A stretch of 64,000 nt of DNA from Flectonema sp. DT1601 (lineage: Eukaryota): contig OZ025781.1 in NCBI GenBank assembly GCA_964019425.1, positions 248,001 through 312,000 of the forward strand. Direction: 5' to 3'. Numbering within the stretch: position 1 is the first letter of the stretch; every line of letters begins with the position of its first letter. The notes below the pieces were generated by a model. It was not told where the DNA came from. It did no database searches and saw only the letters and a program-made list of their open reading frames with translations. Positions 41,052 to 51,703 of the stretch are shown one piece after another. The position numbers were made by a program, and so were the translations under genes.

Positions 41052-41997
41052 TATGTGTATTAATGAGCTGGTAATGAGAAAGGAAATTGATTACTACTAA
41101 AAGAGAGAAAAAAAAAAAAAAATAGAGAAGATTAAGCTTCCTCATTAAATAGTAGCTGATGAGGGGGTGAAGAACAAGTTATTCTCAATACTACCGTCAA
41201 ATACGATGAATTTTAAGATAAAATAATAAAATCAATAAAAAAAAAGGGTAAATGACAATGATTTTAGTGCCCGAAAGAGCACAGTATCTGTGAAGAGTTT
41301 CCACCGGAGAAAGAGAGAGAGAGAGAGAGAGAGAGGGGCGAGAAAATCTTCATCAACTATGCTATGAATGTTGACCATTACAGCTTTCCATCTGGTGGAT
41401 AAGTCGCAATAAGTCAATAGATAAGGAAGTCTAATACATTGCGTACTAATGCAGTAAACTAAAGATTAGCAACGTAATTTAGACCCTTTGGTATGGCACA
41501 GCTTCAGCTGACGGGAGATACTGATCACAGTATGTCATTGTCAGCTTTCCACTTTTGTCCTATAAAAAAAAAAAAATAAATCACACGAACATACTTTTGG
41601 AGGAGTGTCGGCTGCATGAACTCGAAAGAGACACATTCATCGACTCGGTGTTTGTACTATTTAAAAAAAAAAAAAAAAAAAAAATTGTCTTGCCAAAACC
41701 AGACAAAGACAAATATTGGGAATATAAACAGCGAAAAGGAGAGAGGGGGTTGAATGTTTGAATTTGTAAAATACAACTGTTTTGTATCGCGTAACATAGC
41801 GAGGTGAAAGACTACCGAAATGATTACACTGTTTTGCATTACATGTTATCTGGATTGCTTATCAAAAAAAAACGCAAAAAAGAAGAGAAAAAAATAATAA
41901 TCCTTTCAATGTAAATGACAGTACACCTTTTTCTCAATCCCACGTTAGTGTAATCAAAAGGGAGGAAGTACTAGTCCAACAGAATCAACAACAGGAA

Positions 41998-42396
41998 TTA
42001 TTGTCCGTCAGAATTAACACTAAATAGAATACGTAATCCTGTTTTTTTTTTTTTTTTTTTTTTTTTTTTGGTTTGTTTTTTTTTAATTTTAAAAAATAAA
42101 ATAAAAATAAAATAAAAAGATAACAACTGTGACACACCACTTAACGGAGAGTCTACGCATCTGGCCTCGAACAGAGTAAGAAGCCCTTCTCCTTTTGGTT
42201 TTGGCATCGGACCAGCTTTCTCAACCTGCAATTGCTTAGCCGAAGCTGATAAACTTGAGCAATCAGCTATGCTAGTAAATCCGAGACAGGTAAGTTTATC
42301 AAGTGCTGCTGTTACTGCTTCTAAATCTTCGACGTTGAGCTTTTGTAACTGCGGTGACCGCTTGCATGTTTCAATATCGTCGTTCTGTTCTACCAT
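41998..42396 (-). CDS. Possible exon of an unresolved spliced gene
   Basis: About 85 protein-like codons preceded by a CAG acceptor (~42419), then running into A-rich intron-like sequence. The full model could not be resolved. Confidence 0.3.
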   Translation of the reverse strand: MVEQNDDIETCKRSPQLQKLNVEDLEAVTAALDKLTCLGFTSIADCSSLSASAKQLQVEKAGPMPKPKGEGLLTLFEARCVDSPLSGVSQLLSFYFIFILFFKIKKKQTKKKKKKKKKTGLRILFSVNSDGQ

Positions 42397-42749
42397 TTTT
42401 CTGTGGTTGAAGTTATTCCTGTGAGTGACATGTAAAGTAAATCAGGTCTTACACGTGATAGTTTCCCCTTTCACAATAATAGTAGAAAATAACCAAACAC
42501 ACATTAACTACAACACTATCACAGAAAATCTTGGACTGGACCATAGGAATACAACCCATCCCGAGAAGCAGCTCGCGCTGAAACGCAAAGACATAATTAT
42601 ATCAAGTGAAGGGAAGATGGTAAGGGGACAAAGGGAAAGGGAAAGTGTAAATATACTTTTATTCAATTATTAAAAAAGAAAAAACTACTCAGTGCACACC
42701 TGGTACGACACTAAGAAGTGGGTTTTTTGAGACCAAAGGAAGACAACAC

Positions 42750-44444
42750 TCACCGAGAAGCCATTCTCAACATAATCATTGCGAACTCATTGTAAGAAAT
42801 GATTCCAGGCTTGTGTTGTGAACTTACTTGAGCAAGAATTCTTTCAACATAACAACTACTACGAACACCAATATGTTCAAGAGAATCGAAGTAGTTGTCA
42901 AATACCCTCCTTGTAATAAAACCACAATGCGAAGAGTCTAACTCATCAAATGAGTTGCGTAGGTTGGTATCCTGAAGGGACTCAGTGCTAGCGATCTCTT
43001 CAGTGTTGCGATATTCTCCGAAACGCCATTTGAATTCCGTCTCTGGTATGAATCGATCTGTTCTCGCAGGTGCAGAGAATGGTCTGATCATTGAACATCT
43101 CTTTGGTGGTAACTCTGGAGGTTCTGGTGTGTACACTCTACGAGTTCCTAACTGACTATGAATACCAAACTGTGCTTCAGGAGTAGCCACTTCATCATCA
43201 TCATTTTGAAGTCGTTCCCACACATCACCATCCTCCCAACGTAGTACATGAGTGCTGCTCGTCTTTACGTTTAACTTACAACCAAGTAGGGTTATAACCC
43301 CGTCTCTATTAGCAATTATCCATTCACTTCCATAGCTGGATGGGGTTACTTTAAATCGAGCGATATCACCGTTGACTTTGACTACTGTTTTGTCTTTTAG
43401 AGTTTTCCAGTAACCAGCAATACAAGAAACACCTTCTGTAGTGTCGAGTGGGATGGAGGGTTCCCATGATTTTTTTGGGGAATGAGATTCTTGAAGAGGC
43501 TGTTGACTTTGTTTAAACTCAACAGGTGAAGACTCTATTGTTGGGGAAGGCAACAACACGTTATGTTGAACACAATACCTACACCAGAGTAACAGGACAC
43601 ACGCTGTCGGGTCAGTATCCCATAAGATGTCGGCTGATAATTCTTCAGTCAATCTAATGATGCACTGTAGTACGATTTTACTTAATCTAGTTTCTGTTGA
43701 GGTTGAGAAGGACTTTGAATTTATTTCATTTCTCATAATCATATCATCAGTAAGCATATCAATCTCAAGTATTAACAGAGCAGCTGACACAACGGATATG
43801 ACGCTCGGAATTTTTGAACTCACAGCCACTCGTAAAGTCTCATGAGTCACAACCAGATCGATGGCTCGTCGAAGACCAGCAGCTTCTAAGCGAAAGGCAC
43901 CTGAAAATTCGTTGTCGTCAGACTTGTTTAAACTTTCAGTTGATGCTTTGATCATGTAATTAAGTGAAACAAGAGAAGAAGGATCCTCTACGGCAGCTAC
44001 CAGTGTTTCAATTGATTTAAAGTCTGATTTCCCATCGCTTTCCACAACAAGTACTTCTTCCTTTTCATGATCTTCGAGTTGTTGTTCAGGCTCATCATCG
44101 CTATCGGTAGCGTCAAATGAGTTGAGGTATGTTTGTTGGGTTTTCCGTTTTTTGTTATTCAACATAAATTCAAACGTGGTCCCTTCTGGTGAAGGTTCTC
44201 TACGTGTCAGAGGTACAATACTAAATCCTTGTAGTTCAGGCTTCAGTTGAACGTCGCCTATGCCGCATGCGATCTTCGCATTCAAATCACCTCCTAATTG
44301 AATTATTAAACCTGGTTCTGCGTTAGGCAGTGAGAGGCATTCAACAACTATGCCAATTGCTCCTTTTAAACTGCCAGTCAGGAATGCAGCTTCAGATCCA
44401 CAAGCATCGGCTATCGCCAGCGATTCAACAGCGCTGGATGTCAT
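42750..44444 (-). CDS. 564-aa protein with C-terminal EF-hand pair
   Basis: FDELDSSHCGFITRRVF and ISYNEFAMIMLR; also an LRWEDGDVWER motif. A CAG acceptor lies just upstream of the ATG. Confidence 0.8.
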   Translation of the reverse strand: MTSSAVESLAIADACGSEAAFLTGSLKGAIGIVVECLSLPNAEPGLIIQLGGDLNAKIACGIGDVQLKPELQGFSIVPLTRREPSPEGTTFEFMLNNKKRKTQQTYLNSFDATDSDDEPEQQLEDHEKEEVLVVESDGKSDFKSIETLVAAVEDPSSLVSLNYMIKASTESLNKSDDNEFSGAFRLEAAGLRRAIDLVVTHETLRVAVSSKIPSVISVVSAALLILEIDMLTDDMIMRNEINSKSFSTSTETRLSKIVLQCIIRLTEELSADILWDTDPTACVLLLWCRYCVQHNVLLPSPTIESSPVEFKQSQQPLQESHSPKKSWEPSIPLDTTEGVSCIAGYWKTLKDKTVVKVNGDIARFKVTPSSYGSEWIIANRDGVITLLGCKLNVKTSSTHVLRWEDGDVWERLQNDDDEVATPEAQFGIHSQLGTRRVYTPEPPELPPKRCSMIRPFSAPARTDRFIPETEFKWRFGEYRNTEEIASTESLQDTNLRNSFDELDSSHCGFITRRVFDNYFDSLEHIGVRSSCYVERILAQVSSQHKPGIISYNEFAMIMLRMASR

Positions 44445-44486
44445 CGTCCCTGAGTGAGGAGTGTAATCTGTAAAAGGAAATACTTA

Positions 44487-44620
44487 TTCTCTACGTGTCA
44501 GAGGTACAATACTAATCCCTTGTAGTTCAGGCTTCAGTTGAACATCGCCACCAGCGACTCAGCGCGCTAGATGTCATCGTCCCTGAGTGAGGAGTGTAAT
44601 CTGTAAAAAAGAATACTTAA
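44487..44620 (-). pseudogene. Internally deleted duplicate of the 5' end of the EF-hand gene
   Basis: 44487-44549 matches 44196-44258 and 44550-44607 matches 44416-44475. Confidence 0.8.
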
Positions 44621-44991
44621 ATCATCAATTAATACATGCAGTCGATAAAAAAAAAGGGCTAGCAATCTCTACACAAACACACGTAGTCTTCATATAATTA
44701 AATGTCTTCCAACTAAAAGAAGGTTAAAACAACTTTTAGTAGAAAAATAAAAAAAAGATTTTTTTTTCTTTTTTTTCTAAAATATAAAATAATCAACTAA
44801 ACAGAACAGATTAATTCTTACTGAGGACAAGAACGGATTTCAATAGCCCACCGGTTTGAGACATCTACAGCTACACTTACGTCAGAGTAGCGTTGGTTGT
44901 GCGATGCTGCTTTCTTTCTTGTTTTGCTATCAAGATTGGAACTTGATTTCATCTAAATAGCCAACAGGTTTCAACTAAATAACAATGTGCA

Positions 44992-45906
44992 TCATTGATA
45001 AACATGAAATTTACGATCACCAGTTGCAAGAACAAGTCGACCCTTAAAGAAACAAGCAGCAGTAACATTAACCAAAGGAATCATCCATGGGGGATCTAAT
45101 GCGTGACCATTTTCATCACAGATTTGAGGAATACCATCAGTGATCAAAAGAGTCTTGTATGGTGATACAGAAACAGCAAGAGTGGCTAGAGCGATAGCTC
45201 CCTTCTCAAGAAGAGGAGACGATGAATTTGTTATCGTCACAACTGATGTTGCTCCGGGAGATGAAAGTTTTACATCAGGTTCACCTGACCATAGTAGTCC
45301 TTTTGTATCCCACAAAGAAGCCTTTTGAGGACCCAGTACAAAGCGTAATGATACCCTCACCACATCAGGAGGTACCTTCAGTGTATGAAGTAACATCCCT
45401 TCAGGTGACCAAACCCCTACTGATTCATCTGGATGAGGAGCAGCGAAGGAATACATCGCTGACTTATCTACATCATGAGCAAGAGCTACTACTGCAGTCT
45501 TGTGTGCAATAGCGTATCTAATTGTGTTCAGGTTTCGGTCGAATATTTTAATACTGCCGTCAGTGAATCCACACCAGAAATGACTACCTAAACCAGTTAT
45601 GCTTTCAATTCTAACGTCTTTTGATTGAGAGCAAACCTCAGTTCTTTCTAGTTCTCTTCCATTCCATACTGCCAAGCTATAGCCTGTGCTGCTTATCATG
45701 TATTCTTCGGTTGATATTAAAGTCGTGATGGAGAATGGTATGTCTCCACTGAATACTTTTAATCCCTCAAAACAAAGATACTTGTGAATATGCTCAACGA
45801 CATCAGATGGCCATTTCTTTAATAATAAAAGAGCGTTACGTTGTGCTCTAGGCGTGAGATCTTCCCAAGGATCCTTCTTATTCGAAGGCGGGAGTAGGTT
45901 TCCCAT
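44992..45906 (-). CDS. F-box-like / WD40-type beta-propeller protein, possible N-myristoylation
   Basis: MGN start, F-box-like WPSDVVEHIHKYL, and WD-like GFTDGSIKIFD, AHKTAVVALA and LATGDRKFHVY. Confidence 0.7.
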   Translation of the reverse strand: MGNLLPPSNKKDPWEDLTPRAQRNALLLLKKWPSDVVEHIHKYLCFEGLKVFSGDIPFSITTLISTEEYMISSTGYSLAVWNGRELERTEVCSQSKDVRIESITGLGSHFWCGFTDGSIKIFDRNLNTIRYAIAHKTAVVALAHDVDKSAMYSFAAPHPDESVGVWSPEGMLLHTLKVPPDVVRVSLRFVLGPQKASLWDTKGLLWSGEPDVKLSSPGATSVVTITNSSSPLLEKGAIALATLAVSVSPYKTLLITDGIPQICDENGHALDPPWMIPLVNVTAACFFKGRLVLATGDRKFHVYQ

Positions 45907-46579
45907 TCATTTAATTTTTTTTTTTTTTTCCTTTTTTGTTCCTGTTTTTTTTTTTTTTTTGTAAGGGAAAAAAGAAAAAAAATTTAATTCGGCTTTAAAA
46001 AAACAAAATAACCGGTAACGAAGAAAACAGAACAAAAAAAAAGAATTTAAAAAATACTACTGTGAATAACTGTATTAAGGGGTGGTTTTTTTTTTTTTTT
46101 TTTTTTCGTACTTTACAATAAGAGATCGATGTATTAATTAAGAAAAAATCATCTGTATTTATATATCGACGCGACTTTTATTTTTTTTTTTTTTTTGTCA
46201 CCACAAAAAAAAAAAAAACAAAAAAAAAACAAGAAAGAAAAAGAAAAAATACACCTGTTTATAATGTGAGAGGATGTCAAAAATTAGGGGTATCTTTTGG
46301 TCAACGTGTATCTGATGATCGGTAGACCCTAATCTGACCACTTCCCCCACGTATTTGACACCTAAAAAATCAATTTCCGTGTCTAAATCCACTATATACG
46401 CATCACTAGTTCAAAAATTTCAAAAATCCCTGTGTCCTGTATTCTGTTTGGCTCACAGCAAAACACCTCTACTTTATTTATTTTATTGTTTTTTTGTTTT
46501 TTTTTTCTTTTCTTTTTCTTCCTATTTTTCACAATTTTCTCGGAACAATCTAAAGAAGAAATAGGAAAAAGAAAAAAGA

Positions 46580-46793
46580 AGAATTTGGCTTTTTATCTTA
46601 AACTATACAGAAAAAATAGTAATATAACACTCGCTGATGTTTTTTATTTTTTTAAATTTGTGTTCACGAAATCCCCGCGAACCAAACTTAAACTGATAAA
46701 AAAAAAGCTAAAGGACTTGTGTTGCCAAACATTCTTTTTTTTTTTTCCTTCTTTACAATACTTGTTAAATGCAAAAAAAAAAAAGAAAAAAGA
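46580..46793 (+). mobile_element. Second copy of the short A-tailed dispersed repeat
   Basis: Shares AACTATACAGAAAA, ATATAACACT, ACTTAAACTGATAAA, GCTAAAGGA and TACAATACTTGTTAAATGC(A)n with 7165-7333. Confidence 0.55.
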
Positions 46794-48046
46794 AGAAAAA
46801 AAGGGGTAGTTCTCAGGAAGTGAATTCAGTGGATTCGATGATCACACTCATACGTTAAGGTAGATAATTCTTATTTTTTTTTTTTTTTTTTTTTTTTTGA
46901 GGCCAGGGTGTCGAATGCTTTGTTACCAACAGTTAGCAATCAAGGAACCGTTGCACGCTCTGATTTAACTCCAGAGACGGGGACGAGACAATACTCACAA
47001 CAGTGAACAGCGAAGGCACCGCTTAATGCTTTTTTTATTTATCCATCGAAGTCAGGAAAAAAACTCACGACCAGTCATTCGGTGCCGACAACCCAACATG
47101 CACCTATACTCCCAAAGAAACAACTAAGCGGAAAACGACGGCTTCTTTTTTTTTTTTTTTTTTTTGAAATTGAAGCCAGAAGTTAAAACACGCTGTTTTA
47201 TTTTCAGTTTTTTTTTTTCTCCTCTGAAAAAGTATAATAAAATGCAGGTTTTTGATTTATTAGAAGGAAAAAAAAAAGGGGGGGAAGGGTGGAAAAAAAA
47301 AAAAAAAAAAAAATTAGAAAAAAAACGCATAAACTCAACAAACGTTGGTTTTGCGACATAATAATTGCAGCGAGTAGTCCTCCCCATCGAATAAAAAAAA
47401 CATTTAAAAAAAAAAAAAAAAGAGCGCTAACTTGGTTTATTAACAGAGACAGATCTAACAAACAAAAACAGAAAGACAAGGAAAGTTATGAAAAACAAAA
47501 AAAAAAGAATTCGGAGTAGCGATAATTTAGTTTAAAAAAATAATATTATCAAGTAACCTCAAGGCAGAAGTAGTAAAAAAAAAAAAAAAAAAAAAAACCC
47601 TTCTAAGCTGAAGGGGAAATACCGTTATGGGCTCAGTTGCCAACTGCGATCCTACGCGGGAAGGTACATTCAATTAGCTGGATGCAGTGTTCTTGAACAA
47701 ATGAACCCGTCGAAAAAAAGGGGGGGGAAAAAAATAATAATAATAATAATAAAATCTGAACAACAAAACAAAAGACTGATAACTAACAAACAACAAGCAG
47801 GGCTGCACATAAAGAGAAAAAAAAAAAAAAAAAGAAGAAGCAAAAAAACTAAACCCAACATTCAACTAATGTTAAGGCTCATTAACACCTCTCTTGAACA
47901 ATGCACTCTTTTGAAATACAACAATTCTTCAGTTTTTTTTTTTTTTTTTTTCCCCTTCCCTAATATAAATGAAGAGGAAAGAAAGAAAAGAACGAAAGAA
48001 AAAAAAAAAAGAAAGAAACATAACAATCAAGAAAGACAACAGATGA

Positions 48047-51000
48047 CTAAAAAGATAACGATTTCGCGTCTCTCACATTTCTGTTATGAATTTGATTCTC
48101 CAACTCCGTTGACGTTCTGGGAGTTTCAGCTTTTCGTAAGAGAGAAGCGAAACGAAGATGATCTTCAGACGATTTCATTAGTAAATTATTAAATGAATAC
48201 AGAGGAAGGGGTGGCTTATCTTTTATAAAAGACAAGCTTGGAGAATAAGCTGCAAAACTTTCCGGATCTGGCGGAGTGACTCTACTCAAAGCGAATAACT
48301 TTCTAGTAACTGGGAACGACTCCAGGATGGTACTCTCACCACCACAATCAACTATTCGTTGTTTACAAGAACCGTAGAGATTTCTGAGGTGGGGATGGGT
48401 TGAAATTTCATTAATCGACTCTGTCGACATGGCAGCAGTTATTAAAACAGAATCAGCTTTCTTTACTAATTCTTCTCTCGTTAAGTTACAAGCAGAAGCC
48501 CATGACGACACAGATGAGGCCCCATCATCACAATCATCATCAGTCCGATGTTGTGTTAGTCTGCATTGAAACCGATTTTCTCGCAATTTCTGACTTGTCA
48601 AAGGACAGGTCACCTCGTCAGGATGCTGATCAACTACTGTTTCATTGTGAAGTAACCACCATTGTGTTTTCCCTAAAAATGATACTTCCTGAACAGTTCT
48701 ACCTCCTCGTTCTGTTGTAAGGTTCGCTGGTTTTTTTGAAAGAGTCGTCCGAAGTGTTTGTGTCATTCCTCTGGACTGCGTCAATCCGGTGTTGAGACTG
48801 ACTTCTCTAGGTTCGTACTTTCGATTATTCCAAGGTGATAATCTGTCTAGAAGTTGTGTTGTTTTCTTCGTCTTAGTAGACTGCTTTGACTTCGGAGTTC
48901 CAGTGGCATCATTCTTACGCATACTTATCAAGCCTTGTTCAATAAACATGTTGTATGACCTTTCTAGTTCTTCCTTACGAGAAGCCATCTCATCTGAGAG
49001 TTGTATCCCAGACTTCAGTTGTTCTTCAATTTCTTGTAGTTCCGTGTGTTGTTCTCGAGACCAAGTTTTCTTTTCAACTTTTCTGAGATTGCTGTGTTTC
49101 CATTTTTTTGAAGTTTTCCCGCTAGCTGACTTTATTGTATACAGTGGAAGTCCACTTGAACCTGAAAACTGAAGCACTACACCACCATCAGTCCATCCAG
49201 ACGATGTATTATAACTGACTGTGTCTCCAGGGTTGAGTGCTGCTTTGATGTTGTGGGCACGCCAATGTTGGTATAAAACCTTTTTTGGATTCTTCTTGGG
49301 AACAATGTCATAGGTATTTTGATGAACCGCCGCGATCGCACCAGCTAGCAATCCGTTTGAGGTAGTGCTGAATATGACATGTTGACCAACTGTGAAGATT
49401 GGTGCTTGCTGCTCTGATTCAACTCTCCTGAGACTACCACTACTTGGAAATGGTGCTGACGTGCTAGTCTTTGGTGAGAAGGTAGCCTGTCTCACAAGTG
49501 AGATGTCGGATAAATTCGAATCACTTCTCTTTCTTCTGATATTTTCAGCAGTCAGTTGTCTGGTAGCTGAATCAGATCCCAATACTTTTATAATATAAAC
49601 ACCGGAGTTGTTCACGCCATCAATCTCACCAGTAACGAAATCCCTGTATTCAGCAATGTTAACGAATATTACTGTACCAATTGCTATGACATCATTATGT
49701 GATGTTGTCTTTATCCATGAAGAAGGAACATCTTTTAACACTTCTTCTGTCGCAAGAACTCTAACACTGTAACATTCAGTGTTTTCACATGAGACAATCT
49801 CTCCTTGTACCCAACAAGGATCTGTGTGATGATGAACAGGAGATCTATTGCTCACTGGAGTAAGTGCCTGTGACGGGGAATATAAGATCTGTTGTCCAAC
49901 TGCGTATTGTTTGGGAGAGAAACCTCCATAAGAAAAACAACTTTCCTGACTTTCTGAAGCAACTGACTGCGCCATGCTATTACTCCTGGATCGATGACCT
50001 TCAATGTGAATAATTGCTTGTTGAGGTGTGCAATACGAAGTAGAGCTACCCTGATCCAATAACAAGGCAGGAGAATCCGAAAGACCACGTGTAACTATCT
50101 CTTTAGGCCTTGAAGAGCTACTTCTATTTTTAAACAATCTGTGAGCAATCGATTTTCCAGAGTCTTCAATCTGCTTTGTGTGTTCCAATTGCTGAACAGG
50201 AGTATTGTCAATTGTTAACACACATATGTAGTCAGTCTCTATTATGTTGGTTATTCTTTTTCCTACATATTCAAGAGTGATTCCACTGTAGTCGGCATCA
50301 CTCTTGTTTATGATTCCCGTTATTATGTGTTTGTCATTTAGTTTGATACCAACAACTGAATGCTGTGGTGACTTTTGTGTTTTGATAATATACATTTTTC
50401 TCAACGATGGAGGGTCAGACAGAGCATTCCATAGAGGAGATGCCGCCTGTTCATGAGATGAAATAATTTCAATGATCTTTGGATCGTTACCAAGTATTCC
50501 TTCAGCTTCTAGTCTCTCACGTGTGTATCCCAAATCGACTAAGTCGCAGCAGTAGCCCGACATCTCTTTCGATAGATATTGTTTTAAATCAGAACGAGCA
50601 CTGATCATCGCTAACACATCAGTTTTATAAGCAGCTGAGTCGCTAGTTATCGACTGTGGACTTATATCACTGAAAGTTGAATCACGTGTGTCTGTATATG
50701 GTGGTGTTAATACTTGCAGAGGTGTCGTTTGATTCAGTTTCTGTGATGCCGCAGTTAACCGAATATCAGGAGAACATGAGATAGTATTCCCACTGACGTG
50801 ACCGTTAGAGGTATTTTGATCTGATGCAGGAGGAAGACTGAAAACATCATTGCAGCTGTTATCCATTGTTTTCGTCGCAGCAGGTAGTGCTAAGATATCA
50901 TCTAATGCGAGAGTGTCAGAAACCTGATCTGTCGGTAATAATAATTTTACAATATTAGGTGGTAATCCAGCACTAATCAACTTACTCTCATCCGAACAAG

Positions 51001-51703
51001 GAACACATTCAATCCCTGCCTTCAGTAGTAGTATTGCGTACGCTACTGCAGCATAGTTGTAGTCATCTATTTTTGTTATGAGGTCAGTTAGTCCTGGAGG
51101 TGGCCATGGACCAAACTGAGATATAAGATCAGAGAACCAATTAGGAACATTAGTGTCTTCAATTGAATTCCTCAGGTCTTTATCAATCCCAAGAAGGTCT
51201 ATTTCATTATAAAATAAACAAAACTCTGTTGCAGTTTTAAGAAGAAGTGGAGGACAAGTAGATGATGATGACTTAACTGGTACGATGAGTGGTGTCATTT
51301 CAGTCCAGCCTTCAGAGAGTCGCATCCAACCATTTTGAATTTCAGAAGCTGAGATAACCTGACCTGGTGATAAAACAGTTGATAATGGTGGAGAGCTGTG
51401 ATCCGGTTTGATTCTTATCGCCCTGCATTCCGTACCATCAAGTTGGAACCTACCAAGAGATACTGCTGCATTAGATTTCTTTCTTGACCCTCCATTACCT
51501 GACATACTTTTCAATATATTAAAAACTCTCTTTCCCCCAGTCGGATTCTGTGATGGCGTAATACTAGGAGATATACTCCTCACACTTCCATCACCGCATT
51601 CACCCGCATCGGTCTCCCGGTCGTCATCGCTTGCCGCTTCTTCAGGACATACGGGTATCTCGTGTTTATGTTTTTGAACTTTTTTTCGCAGGCGCGAGAG
51701 CAT
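48047..51703 (-). CDS. 1218-aa protein with SH3b-like, PDZ-like and several Tudor/Agenet-like repeats
   Basis: Intact ORF with NGWMRLSEGW, VGIKLNDKHIITGI and repeated [YF].VGQ.V.[YF]...G.I......Y.[IV] units. Confidence 0.75.
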   Translation of the reverse strand: MLSRLRKKVQKHKHEIPVCPEEAASDDDRETDAGECGDGSVRSISPSITPSQNPTGGKRVFNILKSMSGNGGSRKKSNAAVSLGRFQLDGTECRAIRIKPDHSSPPLSTVLSPGQVISASEIQNGWMRLSEGWTEMTPLIVPVKSSSSTCPPLLLKTATEFCLFYNEIDLLGIDKDLRNSIEDTNVPNWFSDLISQFGPWPPPGLTDLITKIDDYNYAAVAYAILLLKAGIECVPCSDESKLISAGLPPNIVKLLLPTDQVSDTLALDDILALPAATKTMDNSCNDVFSLPPASDQNTSNGHVSGNTISCSPDIRLTAASQKLNQTTPLQVLTPPYTDTRDSTFSDISPQSITSDSAAYKTDVLAMISARSDLKQYLSKEMSGYCCDLVDLGYTRERLEAEGILGNDPKIIEIISSHEQAASPLWNALSDPPSLRKMYIIKTQKSPQHSVVGIKLNDKHIITGIINKSDADYSGITLEYVGKRITNIIETDYICVLTIDNTPVQQLEHTKQIEDSGKSIAHRLFKNRSSSSRPKEIVTRGLSDSPALLLDQGSSTSYCTPQQAIIHIEGHRSRSNSMAQSVASESQESCFSYGGFSPKQYAVGQQILYSPSQALTPVSNRSPVHHHTDPCWVQGEIVSCENTECYSVRVLATEEVLKDVPSSWIKTTSHNDVIAIGTVIFVNIAEYRDFVTGEIDGVNNSGVYIIKVLGSDSATRQLTAENIRRKRSDSNLSDISLVRQATFSPKTSTSAPFPSSGSLRRVESEQQAPIFTVGQHVIFSTTSNGLLAGAIAAVHQNTYDIVPKKNPKKVLYQHWRAHNIKAALNPGDTVSYNTSSGWTDGGVVLQFSGSSGLPLYTIKSASGKTSKKWKHSNLRKVEKKTWSREQHTELQEIEEQLKSGIQLSDEMASRKEELERSYNMFIEQGLISMRKNDATGTPKSKQSTKTKKTTQLLDRLSPWNNRKYEPREVSLNTGLTQSRGMTQTLRTTLSKKPANLTTERGGRTVQEVSFLGKTQWWLLHNETVVDQHPDEVTCPLTSQKLRENRFQCRLTQHRTDDDCDDGASSVSSWASACNLTREELVKKADSVLITAAMSTESINEISTHPHLRNLYGSCKQRIVDCGGESTILESFPVTRKLFALSRVTPPDPESFAAYSPSLSFIKDKPPLPLYSFNNLLMKSSEDHLRFASLLRKAETPRTSTELENQIHNRNVRDAKSLSF

